DNA of 64,000 bases from Raillietiella orientalis (Eukaryota): assembly GCA_036172245.1 (NCBI GenBank), contig JAYWIR010000027.1, forward strand, positions 2,046,001-2,110,000, written 5' to 3'. The position numbers and the translations under genes were made by a program. Below, in pieces: positions 24,642 to 37,900 of this stretch (its first letter is position 1; every line of letters starts with the position of its first letter). The notes under the pieces are model-generated. The model saw only the letters and a program-made list of their open reading frames with translations. It was not told the DNA's origin and ran no database searches.

Positions 24642-26274
24642 TTATTCTTCGTTCACCTCCTGCTGGAGGTAGCAGCTTCTCGGGCGGCGGCGGTCTTGCT
24701 GCTCCTCCTCTTCCTCGTTCTCATCGTCGTCGTCATCCTTGCACTCGTCCGAAGAAGCTTCTTCATCTTCGCTCCTGTCCACACGCGCGTTTTCCCACTC
24801 GTAACGGAATACGAAGGAGAACTTGTTTAAGCGTTCCGCCTTGGACATGTCCTTGGCTTCTCGCGCCTGCAGAAACGCCTCCTGAACCCGGTAACGGAAG
24901 TCGGTGCCGTTGATGACCATCTGCACAAGGAAACGGTTCGGAAGATGTGGAGAGTGCTTTTTTGTTCTTCTCCTCTTTTTTTTTTTTTTTCTTTACCGGC
25001 CCCATCCGCTCGATGCAATCTTCCTCGCGCATGGCCCGTATGTCACCGCGCGCCACCCAAGCCCGGCTGACAGGCAGTATGTCGAAAAACGTCACGTGGT
25101 ACCAAGTAGGCACGTCGCTCCCATTCTCTAGCCAGTAGAACATCTCCGTGTCGGGATCGTCCTCGATCAGAGCGGGCCACCAGGGAAACCCTTCCAGACT
25201 GGCCCATACAATCGACCCCAAAGTGTACGGCGAGTCGACCAGGTCCGCATCGCCAGTCGGCACCATCTCTTCCTGTGGATGCTCGCACGTATTGCAGTTC
25301 TGATCTAAAACGCAGGGGTGGCGTGCGCGGCAGCGGCGGCGACGCGTCCCTCAGGCGTACCTGGATTCATTCTGCAGTACCATTGCTCCGGTATTTCACC
25401 GGGGTCGTTGCAGTCTTTCAGGTAACGCCATTTCTGACATTCGTCACTGCAGCACCGGACCCAAATTCCGTCGAAGCGATTGGCCTGGAAGGGAGGGAAC
25501 GAGAATTGGCTGACCATCTGCCCCCAACCGCACTCCGCCCATCCTCTTTCTTACTTGCAGTTGCAGCATGCGCTCCCGCGTTTCTTCGGGGGACTGCGCA
25601 TAGTCCTCGAGGAGCTCTGACTTTCGTTTCTTCTTGCCATGACCGGCGGCGGGCTTCCTTTTGGCCAGTTTCCGCTTCAGTCGTGGCTGCGCCCTCGCTC
25701 CGGTCTCCGGATCCTGTGTCGACGTTGTCTCCTCGCGTTGCTTCGTCGTCTTCCGCGCACCACCTTTGCGTTTCGCGGACGTCTCGTCCCCAGCTGTCAC
25801 CTTCTTTCCCGAAAGGGTCTCGTTCTTTGCTGACGAGTGGATCTTAGGCGAGAGGACCCAACCGCCACTATCCATGCAAGTCTCCTCTCCCTTCTTCGAA
25901 TCGTCATTGTTCTCCGCGCCTTCTTTGTTTTCTGGATTCTTGTCCCCTGCCCAAAATTTTCCCTTTTTTTTGTTTGCAGGTCTTTCTCCTTTCTTGTGAC
26001 AGCGGACGACTTCTTGCCTGATTTTTTTCGGTTGCCGGGGGCTCTTCTGGAGAAGTTTTGGCTTTTGATCCCCATTTCCTTCCTTGGATTTTTTGAACAG
26101 GATGGACTTGCTTTGCTTCTCTGCTTTGCATTTCCCCGCTTGCAAAAGCTGCAACTGATTCTTCGGCTTTCCTGCACTCCTGATTATGCAACGATGACAG
26201 ACTCGAGTGGCTCTCATTACCCTACTCTTACTTGCTTGGGTACGACCTCTTGAACGCATTTCGCAGAGGAACAT
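24642..26274 (-). CDS. ZCWPW1: Zinc finger CW-type + PWWP domain protein (ZCWPW1-like histone reader)
   Basis: Lys-rich N-terminal exon 26171-25555. CW exon 25484-25361 (IWVRCCSDECQKWRYL..WYCRMNP) joins 25304-24997 (DQNCNTCEHPQEE..GSIVWASLEGFPWWPALIEDDPD..YHVTFF..SRAWV). Last exon 24920-24642 has an acidic tail. Start codon uncertain. Confidence 0.85.
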
Positions 26275-29200
26275 CTGCTTCCTGATCCAGGAGGCTAGCG
26301 AGTGCCTGAGACAACTGCAACGCACACAAGTCAGGATGTTGATAGGAAATCAATTTACTGATCACGTTACAGCGGCGAAAAATCTTTGCTCTGAGAACGA
26401 TTCGGCTTGTTTTCTCGTGAGCGATTCCAAGCACTCCACGCACTCGAATCAGTGGACGGAATCGGCGACCCGACGTTGAAGACAAATCTTAATTAATAGA
26501 TGCGATGAATGCAACGTTCAGCGTGCGATCCACTGGTTACGTGGTCTAAGTACGTTTGTCGATCTTTCCAGCTTTTCCCGGAATGAAAGTGGCTGAGAAA
26601 CGAAGGTACGCGATGCACTTGAAAGCCACTAGCAGTAGAATTGCGTTTAGAACGAATTTATTTTCCTTCAAACCTGGTAAAGTTTGCATGAATCGCCATC
26701 CTGGAACTGTATACCAAATTTCTCGATACCCAACGTTTCCTGCCACTCAAGAGTGGAATGGAGTTCGATTCGCATAGCAACTCGACGCGGAGACAATGGA
26801 AAAAAAGATTTTCTGCGATTGCTGTATTGACGCGCTAATGAAAGAAGCTTCCTGGATCAGATTTCCAAAAGCTTCTGGCAACACCCGGTTCTCTCTGTTC
26901 ACAAGTGTATCCTTATTACTGCCCTTTTTCACTTCAAGACAGGATTACCTGTCGCGTGTGGAACACGGGTCATGATTTCACCTTGAACGGTAAATTCCCG
27001 CAAAAAACTGTAGGGAATGGTTTTCAGGAAGCCTTCCATGTGCTGCATGTGATTGCTACTTCTTTCATGAAGCATCGATACGGACTTTATCTTACATCCT
27101 TATTTCGAATGTTTCACGCAATCTTATTGCAGCAAGACGGACAGATTAATGACTCGGCTCAGGTAGCCCTGATGAAAAAGACGCAAGCTGCGCCGAGTGC
27201 ACTTAATGCTCCAGCTTCTTTTATGAAGTGGCATCGATTAATCGTAGATTACTTTTTATCGCCCAAAGATTATCACCGGCACGGATAACCTAATAGGCTT
27301 TTCAAATAATGCTCGCACACAAACCACAAACTAATTCTGCACTTTCAAAGTGTTCTTCTGTTAGTTGACAAATATAGTTTTGGACCTGGATAAGATTTCA
27401 GTATGCTGATAGCTCAACCGAGCAAAGTGAAAGATCTACGCATAGGTGCAAGCATCAGAAATAATTTTCTTACATTAAAACACAAAGTGAGTTTCAAGAA
27501 ATCATAGAATACTCTCTTCAGAACACAGTGCTTTATGAATGATTATGATTTCGTTTTGTGATACCTGACGGCTGTTGAATTTTTTTTTGTTTTTCTGGAT
27601 CATTTCAACAAAAATGGATGTGGTGATTAGCAAAGGCCAGCCAAGATGGGAGAACCCTTCAGAATGTGAAGGTCTGGAACAAAGTCCCAATAACACTACG
27701 TAACTTTGACAAAACAGTCGTGAATCTACTCTTGTCAATCAAATATCTGTTCTTCTTTTCTATACGAGGAACCGGTCTATGAGGCCATGGTTTTGGCCAA
27801 GGCCACGTATCACTTCAAGAGCTGAAGATGGAACATGGAGTTCCGTTGAAGGAAAAATTTTGAAACGCATATGTACGTATTTACTCTTAGCGATCCGAGA
27901 TAAACAAATACCTATCTTGAAAACTTCTGATTCGCAATGGAATCTCGTTCGCGAAACACCAAAGAAAATTATTTCCTACAGTTGTCATGAATAAACGGAT
28001 GTAAGTAATCGTACTGACCGTCTTTCGAGAAACTGGATGCTTATCTTGTCGTCCTTCGTTCCATTGAAGATGACCCTTTCAGCTTCGTTCAACACGAAAA
28101 GTATTAAAGTATGCGTGAACATACAGACTAATAGATGATCGGCATATGCACAAAGCGCTTATTCTCTTTCGTAGAAACACCATAGTCAGGTGCGTGCTCA
28201 GTTTCTTGAATTACGAAGCAAAAAACAGAGAACACAAACTCTGAAAGTTTTTTGAACGCGAGTACTGGTTGTTACGATAACACCAGAAATGTTGGACCGA
28301 TTTTCCTTAATTGCCTATTAAAGGCGTAGCGTAAGGATACTTGACTCACACGCAAAATATTTATTGCCATTCCACTGGTCTGACTCTCAGATAATATCTG
28401 GATGACACAACATCGTGTTTTGAACTTATCAACGTGAACGACGCTTTCATCTTTTTGATTACAATATTTTCATCTGACAAAAGAGGAAAACCTGCCCAAA
28501 CTATGCAGATCTGGTAGCCTATAACAGACATCACAGTCTAGCACATTCCCAAGTGCAGAAGCCTGGAAAGAAGTTTCTTTGCAAGCATCAAATGAATCTA
28601 TGAAAATGCATCTCATGAGTGTGCATTTGCTCACTACAGATGGTATCGCCCTTCTCTTCCAGAAGCCGTCTCACTCTAAAACAATATGGATGAAGTGTTC
28701 AAAGTTTCTGCCAACATCAAATGAATGTTCTTTTGCTGAAGGCTAGATACACACTGTGAAGATAATTGGCAGCCATTCGCTGAATCTGGAACAAGCGACA
28801 GCTAGTTCTAGTTTCAGATTTCCAGATTTCCCTTCTTTCATTAAAGAAGGAAGGGATCATTAAGAAAGGAAATAGTTGAGGAAAAAAACTGCATGCCCCC
28901 TCTTTCGTGTAGGGCATGGGCGGTTGCTAGCTAAATTTTCATTCGTTTCAGACTAATTTTTTAGCTTTTTTTTTTTTTCCCTAGCACGCAACCACGAAAC
29001 CCACAAAAGACAAGTTATATGTGCGACCATTCGTTTTTTAGAAACATTTCTGCATCCTTGATTTTGTTCGCAAAAATAACGAAATAATAAAATCATTCAG
29101 CAAACACAAAGGAGCGCTGAAAGAAAGTGAACATATTTGTTTGAAAGATACTATAAAGCGATGACTGTTGTTTTTTTCTCAAACTAAATAAACTATATAA

Positions 29201-32200
29201 ACTCTCATTTAAAAAAAGAAGGAGTCCAGAAGCGCTTCAGAAAAACTAAGAACCGTTACGAATGTACATATTCAGTGCAGAGCCGAATAACACATGATTA
29301 CATTATGAGTTCAGAGTTCATATTGGACCACTGAAAAGCGCAAACATCCGAATGCAAAACTAAGATGGAACTCCAGCAACATAAAATGATGGATACATCA
29401 AAGTGAATCATAGTGAAAAGTAGGCTGATAAAAATAGTTGACGTTAAAGGATTGCGAAAGAGCTCTAAAAGAAAAAGGAACTTTACATTGTGGAAAGCTA
29501 CGTGAAGTCAGAGAGAGACTATGAAATGAATACACGCTTTCATCTTTGAGATTGACAACCGTGCTCTTCTTTTCTATGTGAGGACCCAATTTGAAGAGCA
29601 AATCCCTCAATAATCAAGCTGCTGTGTGATGCGAGACTGCAGACACCAAGAGGGTGAGAATTCCAGATGGCAAGTCACACTTTCCTTTCGTGTTACGCAA
29701 TACACAATGGTAATAAGCAAAATCCTAGATACGGAAAATATGAGGAAGTAAAGGAAATGCTTCCTAAGAACCCAAGGTTCCCTGTCACAGAGTTTCACAA
29801 AAAATGCCAAATGGGCAAATGGCTAAGTAGCAAATCATGAATGTCAGTGTTACTGAACATTCAGAAAAGCTCAATTAGTAGGGATTTACTCATGAATAAT
29901 TCATCAAATATTTATCGAAGTTGATGAGATACAGAGATACTCTGCACAACTGAATACAGGAAATATGAAACATCCATACGGAGGCTAGTGAAAGCAAGCA
30001 GCATGTTGTAAATCTCAGATTTGTTCTGGCATCAAGATCATAGCCCGAAATTCAAACTAAACAACACCGCAATGTGTAATGAAATGTACTCATCAGTGTA
30101 ATTCTAACATATCTCTTTCGATTAGGGTCTCTTTTGACTCGAAACTTTTGAATTGCCCACAAAAATTCTTCATTGAATATTGAAATTCTGATAAGACCCT
30201 TTTCCAGCTCGCTTACAAAGACAAAGATTGGATTTATGGTTGCTCGAGTGGGTTTATTGAAAAGCATGATCACTACAGTAGCATGCAAACTATTTATTGA
30301 CGATTAGGTTTTTACGACCACAGATTTGGAGAGCAGCCTCTGATTTGAGATGAATGCGAAAAAGAAGAAGAAAGAAAAAAACAGGTGAAATTTCGCATGA
30401 AAAACTGTTTCTGTACATTACAATATCACCAAAGCAAGAATCAAAGAAAAACGGTCGGTATGTACAGTTTAAATAACACAAGGTGCTTGGGATCTGCAGT
30501 GCTAATAACTTTTAGTAAACGCTTTTAGTGTCAGTTGCCCATGTCACTGGAAAAATGAAAGAAAGACTTCGTTGTGAATTCTCTTATTTCTACCTTAAGC
30601 TATGGCTAAAAGCTCAAATCACAAAGTTTAATCGTATTTAAAATGGTTGTTCATGGTTATTCTATCGCAATTGGCTCTGAAAATCTAATTCCCTAATAAA
30701 GGATTATATATATTTAGAACTCTTGCCTGTAGTTTGGATTCTCATAAGTAGAGTAAGTTTGGCACACGGAAAAATATACATATACTTCTGTCTATATCTC
30801 CAAGCGAATCGCTATGAAATTTCAATGAAATATTCAATTGCAATTAACTATTTAAAGCAAACTTATCAACAGCCAAAACTTGGTCCAGCCCGTGTGATTT
30901 CAGACAAAGAGGAATTAATATAAACATAAATACGTTATGTTCATACGTTATGTTTCAGCACGTGGCTTTGCAGTTCTTTCTTTTTGAGCATATCTGCGAA
31001 TGTATGTATGAATAAATGAACCATGTGCAATAGATAATATTTGGATATATAAATCTGTGAACGTGAATAGATTCGTAGCGATTGAATGTTTAAACTGTGA
31101 GCAGGTCATTGTGCTGTATATACGAGAGTTTTTTAGGCATTAAGGCATCGCAAGATTGCCTGGCGGAAGAATTTGTTCCTTGTGCCGTACCGTGTTAGGC
31201 GTGAGAAAACACGGTAAGGTGGACCAACTACGATTCTTAGATTTTTCCGCACCTCTGGTTAAAACAGCTGCACTTTAAGACGGAGTGCATGCCGATATTC
31301 GAATTGCAAATGAGAGAAAACTCTTCCAGTCCAAAACCCTTCTTAAACTCGTTTACGCTACGGACTCCTATAGTTTATAAAGGTGGTATGCAAGTTTTGT
31401 AGAAAGAAGACCCAGAATCAGTAATGGACCAAACTAGTTAAAAGCAATTGAACCTACAGCCTACTCGATCCTCGCCGAAAGAATATCTCGAACGCTCGAA
31501 CCTCCAAGGTAACTGTGCGGAGAAGAGCAAGAGGTTTGGTCATTGCTTCGGTGATTGCAATGGCTGATAAATGGTCTTTTTTCAGAAACGTCCTCCAACG
31601 TGTTTTACGAACAATCCCGCATATGCATGAATGGATGTCTGGAGTAATATACCCTGTACATTAAATTTCACATACAATCATATACAAGCTAGATACTTAC
31701 GTATTTAAGCGTTTATGTAAATGCATACACTTTTAGATTAATTTTGTTCCTAAAAGCCCTTGAATTTTTTCATCATAGTGTACATTATAATTATATGTTA
31801 TAAACACATTTATTTTTTATACATTTTGAACCTGCAAGTGTGTGATACTATAGGCACTGAAACATGAACATATGTACAAGGTATATAAAGAACATGTTTC
31901 TATCACACGAATTGATGTAAATACAGGAATATAAATGCAGGTTCGGTTTTTGATTACATCCTACATCCATATATGTGCCTATATCTTTCGATTACAGAGA
32001 CTAAACGTTAAATAAAATGAAGTCGAACGAAGTGAAAAAGCCAGGCTTGATGACAACGTTCATTCCTAAAAGCTGTGCTTATGAGAGGAATCGCGTGGTG
32101 GAAACTGTTGTGGGATTTCTCCATTTCTACTTTGGATTAGCGAAACATCAACAAATGCATACTGATGATAGCAAACTGAATCAATAATGCGTTCCATTCA

Positions 32201-33729
32201 CTGTAATCGAAGGCATTGAAGCCTTCTGATGTTTTCCATCATGCTGTCTATTCCAGGAGATAATTATTAGGAAGAAAACCCCCAGTAAAATCAATCTTAT
32301 TAATGAACGAATGAAAAGTTTTGGATCTGCACAGCGAATCCAAATTAATGTGGGGAAGTTGCTGTGCATGGGAGTTCGCTGCTACGTGCATTCTGGTCAC
32401 CTCATTAGTTTTTTATGACTCGATGTAGCAAAAGACACCACGCCGAGACTCCTCGGCATCAAAGTTTTAAGAGCACTGCATGACCAAGAGATGTCGGGAA
32501 AGAACGAACGAACACAAAGTCTCACTTGTAAAAAGAGAAAAAGGCAGACACAGAAAATGAATATTCTATGCGCGGATTTGCATGCACTTCAAATGCGTCG
32601 AAGGCTTTCACAGGAAAAATGGACATTAGCTAGAGATTAACTTCAGATCATTTTCTTCTCGTTTCAAGGAAATCGAAAGTCGACGTTCAGAGTCCAGTCG
32701 AATCCAGAAACGAACTAACAAAAAAAAAAAAACCTGGAGGGAGCATGATGACGAACCTCCAGACTTGACAGACTTGACCGTATGCTTTCGAAGATGTGAA
32801 TTAAGACTATTTTCAATTTTTTGAAATCGTAGCTGATTTCAAGTTCATTTCTTACTGAACTCGAACGACCTTCACAAGAAATGCATCCTCTTCCTCAACC
32901 CATTATTTTCGCATTTGTGTTTTTTTTGGAAGTTGGAAGCAAAGATCTGCTTCAAATTTAGCATCCTGTTTTTGAATTCCTGTTTGATGTTAACCCAGCA
33001 GACGAGCAATACAATTCGTCGCATCGCCTCGTTGCGTGGCTCTTTTTAATGAGATCTCCGAGGAGCTCGCCCTGCCTTCTTCATGTGTTTCACAACTATT
33101 GAAGCCAATTACTAGAAAATTGCAAAAACCTGCTTCACTTTATATCAGTTTAGATGATTTTCTTTCCTAAGGGCTTTTCCGAGCCTGAGGACAAACATTA
33201 GGCTCAGTATGAAACATTTATCAAGTACGGAAATTTTTTGGAGGCTTGTGAAAAGCTGCATGTAAACAGCGCGCATAACATGCGTGACGAATGCAGAGAA
33301 CGAACCATACCATCTCTGCCATGTAGAAAACACAAATGCCTTCCATTGTACATTGGTAAAGAAACGGTAATCTTTCATTTTCCTTTTTCCTTTTTTGCTC
33401 GCAGATGCTGCCTCTACGTGCTGACTGAACATCTGTTGCATATTCAGAAGACATTTAAGAGCACATGTTAAATACATTCATTTTAACTTACTTTATCATG
33501 TGCATGTGAATTCTTAGAAATTTATATGTGTTTATCTAACAATGTGTGCGTGTACGTGCGTGCGTACATCGAGTCCATAGGATATATTCTTAATTGCCCT
33601 GTACACTTGCATGAATCGAGAACTCTGTACCTCTTTGGGAATGGTGATTTCTACACTTGATCCACAGTCGAGTATCATAAACACAAGGTAACTCTCCCCT
33701 TGTAGAGCTATTCTTATCATTGTTCTTCG

Positions 33730-33798
33730 ATATATATATATATATATATACTATATATGTATGTATGTATGTATATACATACATACATACATATATAG
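33730..33798. repeat. (TA)n followed by a perfect 48-bp (TATG)n/(CATA)n palindrome
   Basis: 33751-33798 ctatatatgtatgtatgtatgtat|atacatacatacatacatatatag equals its own reverse complement. Confidence 0.9.
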
Positions 33799-35165
33799 TG
33801 TGTGCGTGTGTATAGAATTTTGAAGAAATAAAGTGAGTTTTCAGTTTCGTGCAATGTTCGTGTAGAGTTTCTCAACATACAGTATGTATACGGTAACAAA
33901 GTAGATCTGTATATGGCTGAATTTCTATGGTAACGAGGTGTTTCGCGAAACTCATGTCACAGAGTGATTTAGGGTGCAATGATGCGTCACAACCTATCTG
34001 ATGTTTCAGAGCATCTCTTTACATCTTTGTGTGTGATGTGAGAATGCGGTACTTTAGAAAATAATTTCTGTTCAACCCCGAAATTAAGCTGTCGTACCAA
34101 ACGTGCACTGCAAGAAACGCAAATCAAAATGTGAAGTGCAAATTTCCAAGCAACTTTGCAATGAAATAGGTAAAGCACACATTCTGCTTGACGATGGAAA
34201 AAAAAAAAAAATTCAAGCGAATCCCACTGGGACTTCATCTTTTTTTTTTTTTCCAACAGAACGAAAGCTACTGTGCAGCGTGAAGAAATGTCGCTCTGCT
34301 TAATGCCAAGAGCGGATGGAGTTGCGTAGTGAAATATTAAACAAACAAAGAATCTGTTTCCCATCGAAGAGAGATGGACTGGGTCATCTGGGTAGCAAGA
34401 AGCGTCAGTGTTTAGTTTTGCGAACGACAGGCAAACTTTTACGATTCCAGAGTCAGTTCTAAAGCGATGGAAACGAAATCAGATCACGAAGCATTTCGTT
34501 GGAATTCCTCTCGTAATCCAGAATACTGAGTCTGTAGGCAAAAGACTGCAAGGTTTTTCCGACCGCGAATGGCCGACTGATGTGTACAGAAATCCAGCTG
34601 TCTGCTGAAAAATAAATTGAAGCAGGCACTGCCACGACTTTTGAATGTTTGAATTCGGTTTCGGGTTCACCCCCCCCCCCCCCTCCCGCAACTGTGGAAA
34701 GAGTAATACATAGCTCAGTACATCTCCGATAAAATTTTGCCGGCATTGTTGGATTTATTTTTAGAATTCTACCTGCTAATTGCAGCAAGTAATGCGTGAT
34801 GGAAAAGAAAACATTGCTGGATGAAAAACAGTAGTACTCAATAGTTACTGTATTGCGATTTCTATTTACTAATAATAAACTTGACCGGGAAAGCAGAACA
34901 GAAAACAAAATGTTTCATTGATTATGGCAATCAATTCAGCGATGTTCTCCCTTAGACGGCGTGAGTATGCATGGCTTCGAAGGATGCTCACAGTGCTGTT
35001 TGACCGCAAATAAGAGGGGGGGGGAGGGGGGGGAACGGGAAGAAAATAAATTGTTCTTAGGCATTAGAGAATATCCGGATCTCTGGTGCTCGTGTGTACA
35101 TTTTTGAAATCGAAACGCACGGTACATGAAACAAGCACAATTGAAACTGTTCATAGATTGATTAC

Positions 35166-35483
35166 CTCATTGGCTTCTTCATCAGAAAATGTAGGGCTTT
35201 CGCTACTAATGCTCGCCAAGTAACTTGACTTTTCATACATATCCTTACTGTCATCATTGTAGCAGTTTTCGTCACCACTGTTTTCGGATCCGGGATCAAT
35301 TAGGTAGCGGTTTTTAAGATACTTATCCGATGTTTTGAACGGATGAAATTTTCCATCGTGAGCTTTGCGTTGGAATGGCTTCTTCCCGATTTCTTCGATC
35401 TTCATGTTCGAAATCTCTCCAGGCTCGCCGATCTGCCAAGGTTCGAAAGAGTGCCTTTGCCGAAAAGCATCCGCAGCGACGCT
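35166..35483 (-). other. Possible isolated coding exon of an unidentified gene
   Basis: Stop-free frame SVAADAFRQRHSFEPWQIG..MKIEEIGKK..SDEEANE bounded by ccttcag| and |gtaatc. No recognisable domain and partner exons not found. Confidence 0.3.
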
Positions 35484-37900
35484 CTGAAGGCACCCAAGTG
35501 GCGTAAATGGTGGCCTCCGTTTAGGCCTATCTCAGCCGAAACGGAAGCAGCGCACATCAAAGAGATAACTTTGACTCTTTGATAACCCTCTTTGACTCAT
35601 TTCGTCGATGAAAGAAATGAAATCGAAAGACGAAAAGTATCTAGATTTTTTATTCCTTCTTAATATCCCGCGCGTTGTTGTTGTTGTTATTTTTTTTTTT
35701 TTTTTTTCACTGACAAGTTTTCAATTTGTCCCTGATTTCTGAATGAGATCATTTTTTTCTTCTTCGTCTTTTCCTGATATGTGCTTCAAAGTTGAAAGAG
35801 CAATGAGAACGGCAGTATTTTTCCTTAGGAAAACAAAAAACAAAATCGTGCTGGCCTTCAGATTTCTGAAGAAAAGGTACTACGCAGAACTTCGCGGGTA
35901 TTTGTGCAAATGCAAGCGATGAAAGAGGTCGAGGAGAGAGAAGAATATCAAGATTTTTTTTTTCCTGGTACACCCAGAGACGATCACGGGGTTCAGTGGA
36001 CAGCGTCACGACACAAGCGGCACATCGGATCCAGACGAGCTCGCAGTTACGCCTTCAGGCACACAAAAAGCGGAATGTCGCGCTTCCTCTTGCAAAATTC
36101 TGCAGCAGTTCGCCTCCTTGCTGCTTTAGACATGCCCTTGGTACCAGGACCTGTGCGTTCCCTTCCCGTCCACAAATCCTAGCTGACCTGGGACAAGGGA
36201 AGCCGAGGTCGCCCACCATCTCTGCTGGGAGCAGACAGTCTTCGATGCCCCTGATAGGGAGAAATGATCCTGCTGGTTATCGACACCTTCTGGAAGGATG
36301 CTGGTAGGAGGGAATCAGATGGAGTTCTCGCCCCGCCTGGCGGGAACAGAGGAGAGCGGACGAAGACGTATGGGATCCCTAAAAGACTCTGAAATCCTAA
36401 ACAGAAATGGAAGGACAATAAGGTCTTCCGGCCGAGAGGTCCTGGATTTTCTCCCCGGATCGCATCGTTCCTCGGGAGATTGGCTGCGGCGACCTTGAGC
36501 TGAGCAGAGACTCCATGTCCACTTCCGTTCGAGGAGACCCGGACCAACCCAAGAAGCAGATGCATGCGGCTGCCAGGACAGCATACCGGTTGTCAGGTCC
36601 AACCAGTCATTTCCACGTAAAGCAGCAAAAAAAGAAAGAGAAGAGTTTGCAAACGGCCTGCCATCAAGGCAACAGATAAAGCGGGAGTGCATAGGAAAGG
36701 GTGCGCAGGAACCCAGGGAGGAACAAGTGCTTTGCCAAGGAATCCGGACGCCAATGGAAAGAACCTCCAGGATGCTTCGAGGAACCCATGGGGGGGTGCT
36801 GCTGCCGTGAGAGTGCGGGTTTCGCCAGCTTAGGGACCATTGGGAGGGTCGATTCCCCAGACATGAGGTCACCGAGAGCGGAAACGCCCTCTGTGAGCTC
36901 TCTGGTGCTCCCTCGGGGAAAACGGAAGGGATCACTCGCTCCCGGAACGAGACCTCCTCCCACCCACCCTTCGCCCCCGTGCGTTTCGTGGCTTCCAAGT
37001 CTGCACATGGTGGGTGGGGCAACATCGAGACAGAGCTCACGAATGGAAGGGAAGTGTCCCGAGGGCAGTTTTGACCCACGGGGAGGTCAGCAACGAAAGT
37101 GCGCGGTCCTCCAGACCGTTCTGCCTCCTACCTGCAAAGTGGCACTCCTAGCCGTTGTGGAGAATGGTTTCTCCCCTCAAGGGCAAGGAATTCCCTCAAG
37201 GAGAGTGAAGACCCACATCCGTCGCACCTCCGCCACCTCACCGCCGGGAGCAACGGAAGCGCTACTGAGGCGCCCCTAGAGAACGAAGAGCTGGTAACTC
37301 CCACACACAAGGGGGACAGATGACAGGCAGGTCAGGGCAACAGCGCTGCTCAGAGAAGCCAAAAGCACCGACCGGGAGAGGTGAAGGCGATGGCATTGTT
37401 CTCCGGAGACGACCCAGTCAAAATGTCCACGGGAAAGGCTGCCGAAAATAGGGCGAAAAAGGTCCGCTGCCAGTATGCCTTCCTCCGAAGAAAGGGCTTG
37501 GAAGACCTGCCCCCCGCATCCAAGAACCACTGTCCAGAAGAGGGACGACCATTCTCCAGCCGCGAGGAATGTGCTGCCAGATATCTCCTCTTTTACTTAC
37601 GGGTCTCTACAACTAGATAAGTATGCACCCTTCGTAACGGGGGCCACTGTCCTCCCCATCTCCCCCAAAGAACCGCTTAGACATCTCAGGGGTGCTGGGC
37701 TGCTGCACGAGCAGACACCCAAAAAACAAATGGCTTTCAATGAAAAAGTGCAAGCATCTCAGTGTCAGCATTTCCCTGGTAGATCAAGTCGGGGTTCTCC
37801 TTTTGCTTTCCTCTCGTTCCTTATCACAAAAGGGGAGGGGAAGGATTAAGGTACGACGAAGCCCGGGGGTTCACCTCGGATGTCCGGTTTCACCTCCGGG

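Noticed and set aside
26550..27290. ORFs 26556-26777 and 26905-27288 as a gene divergent from ZCWPW1
   Set aside because: No consistent splice model or recognisable domain.
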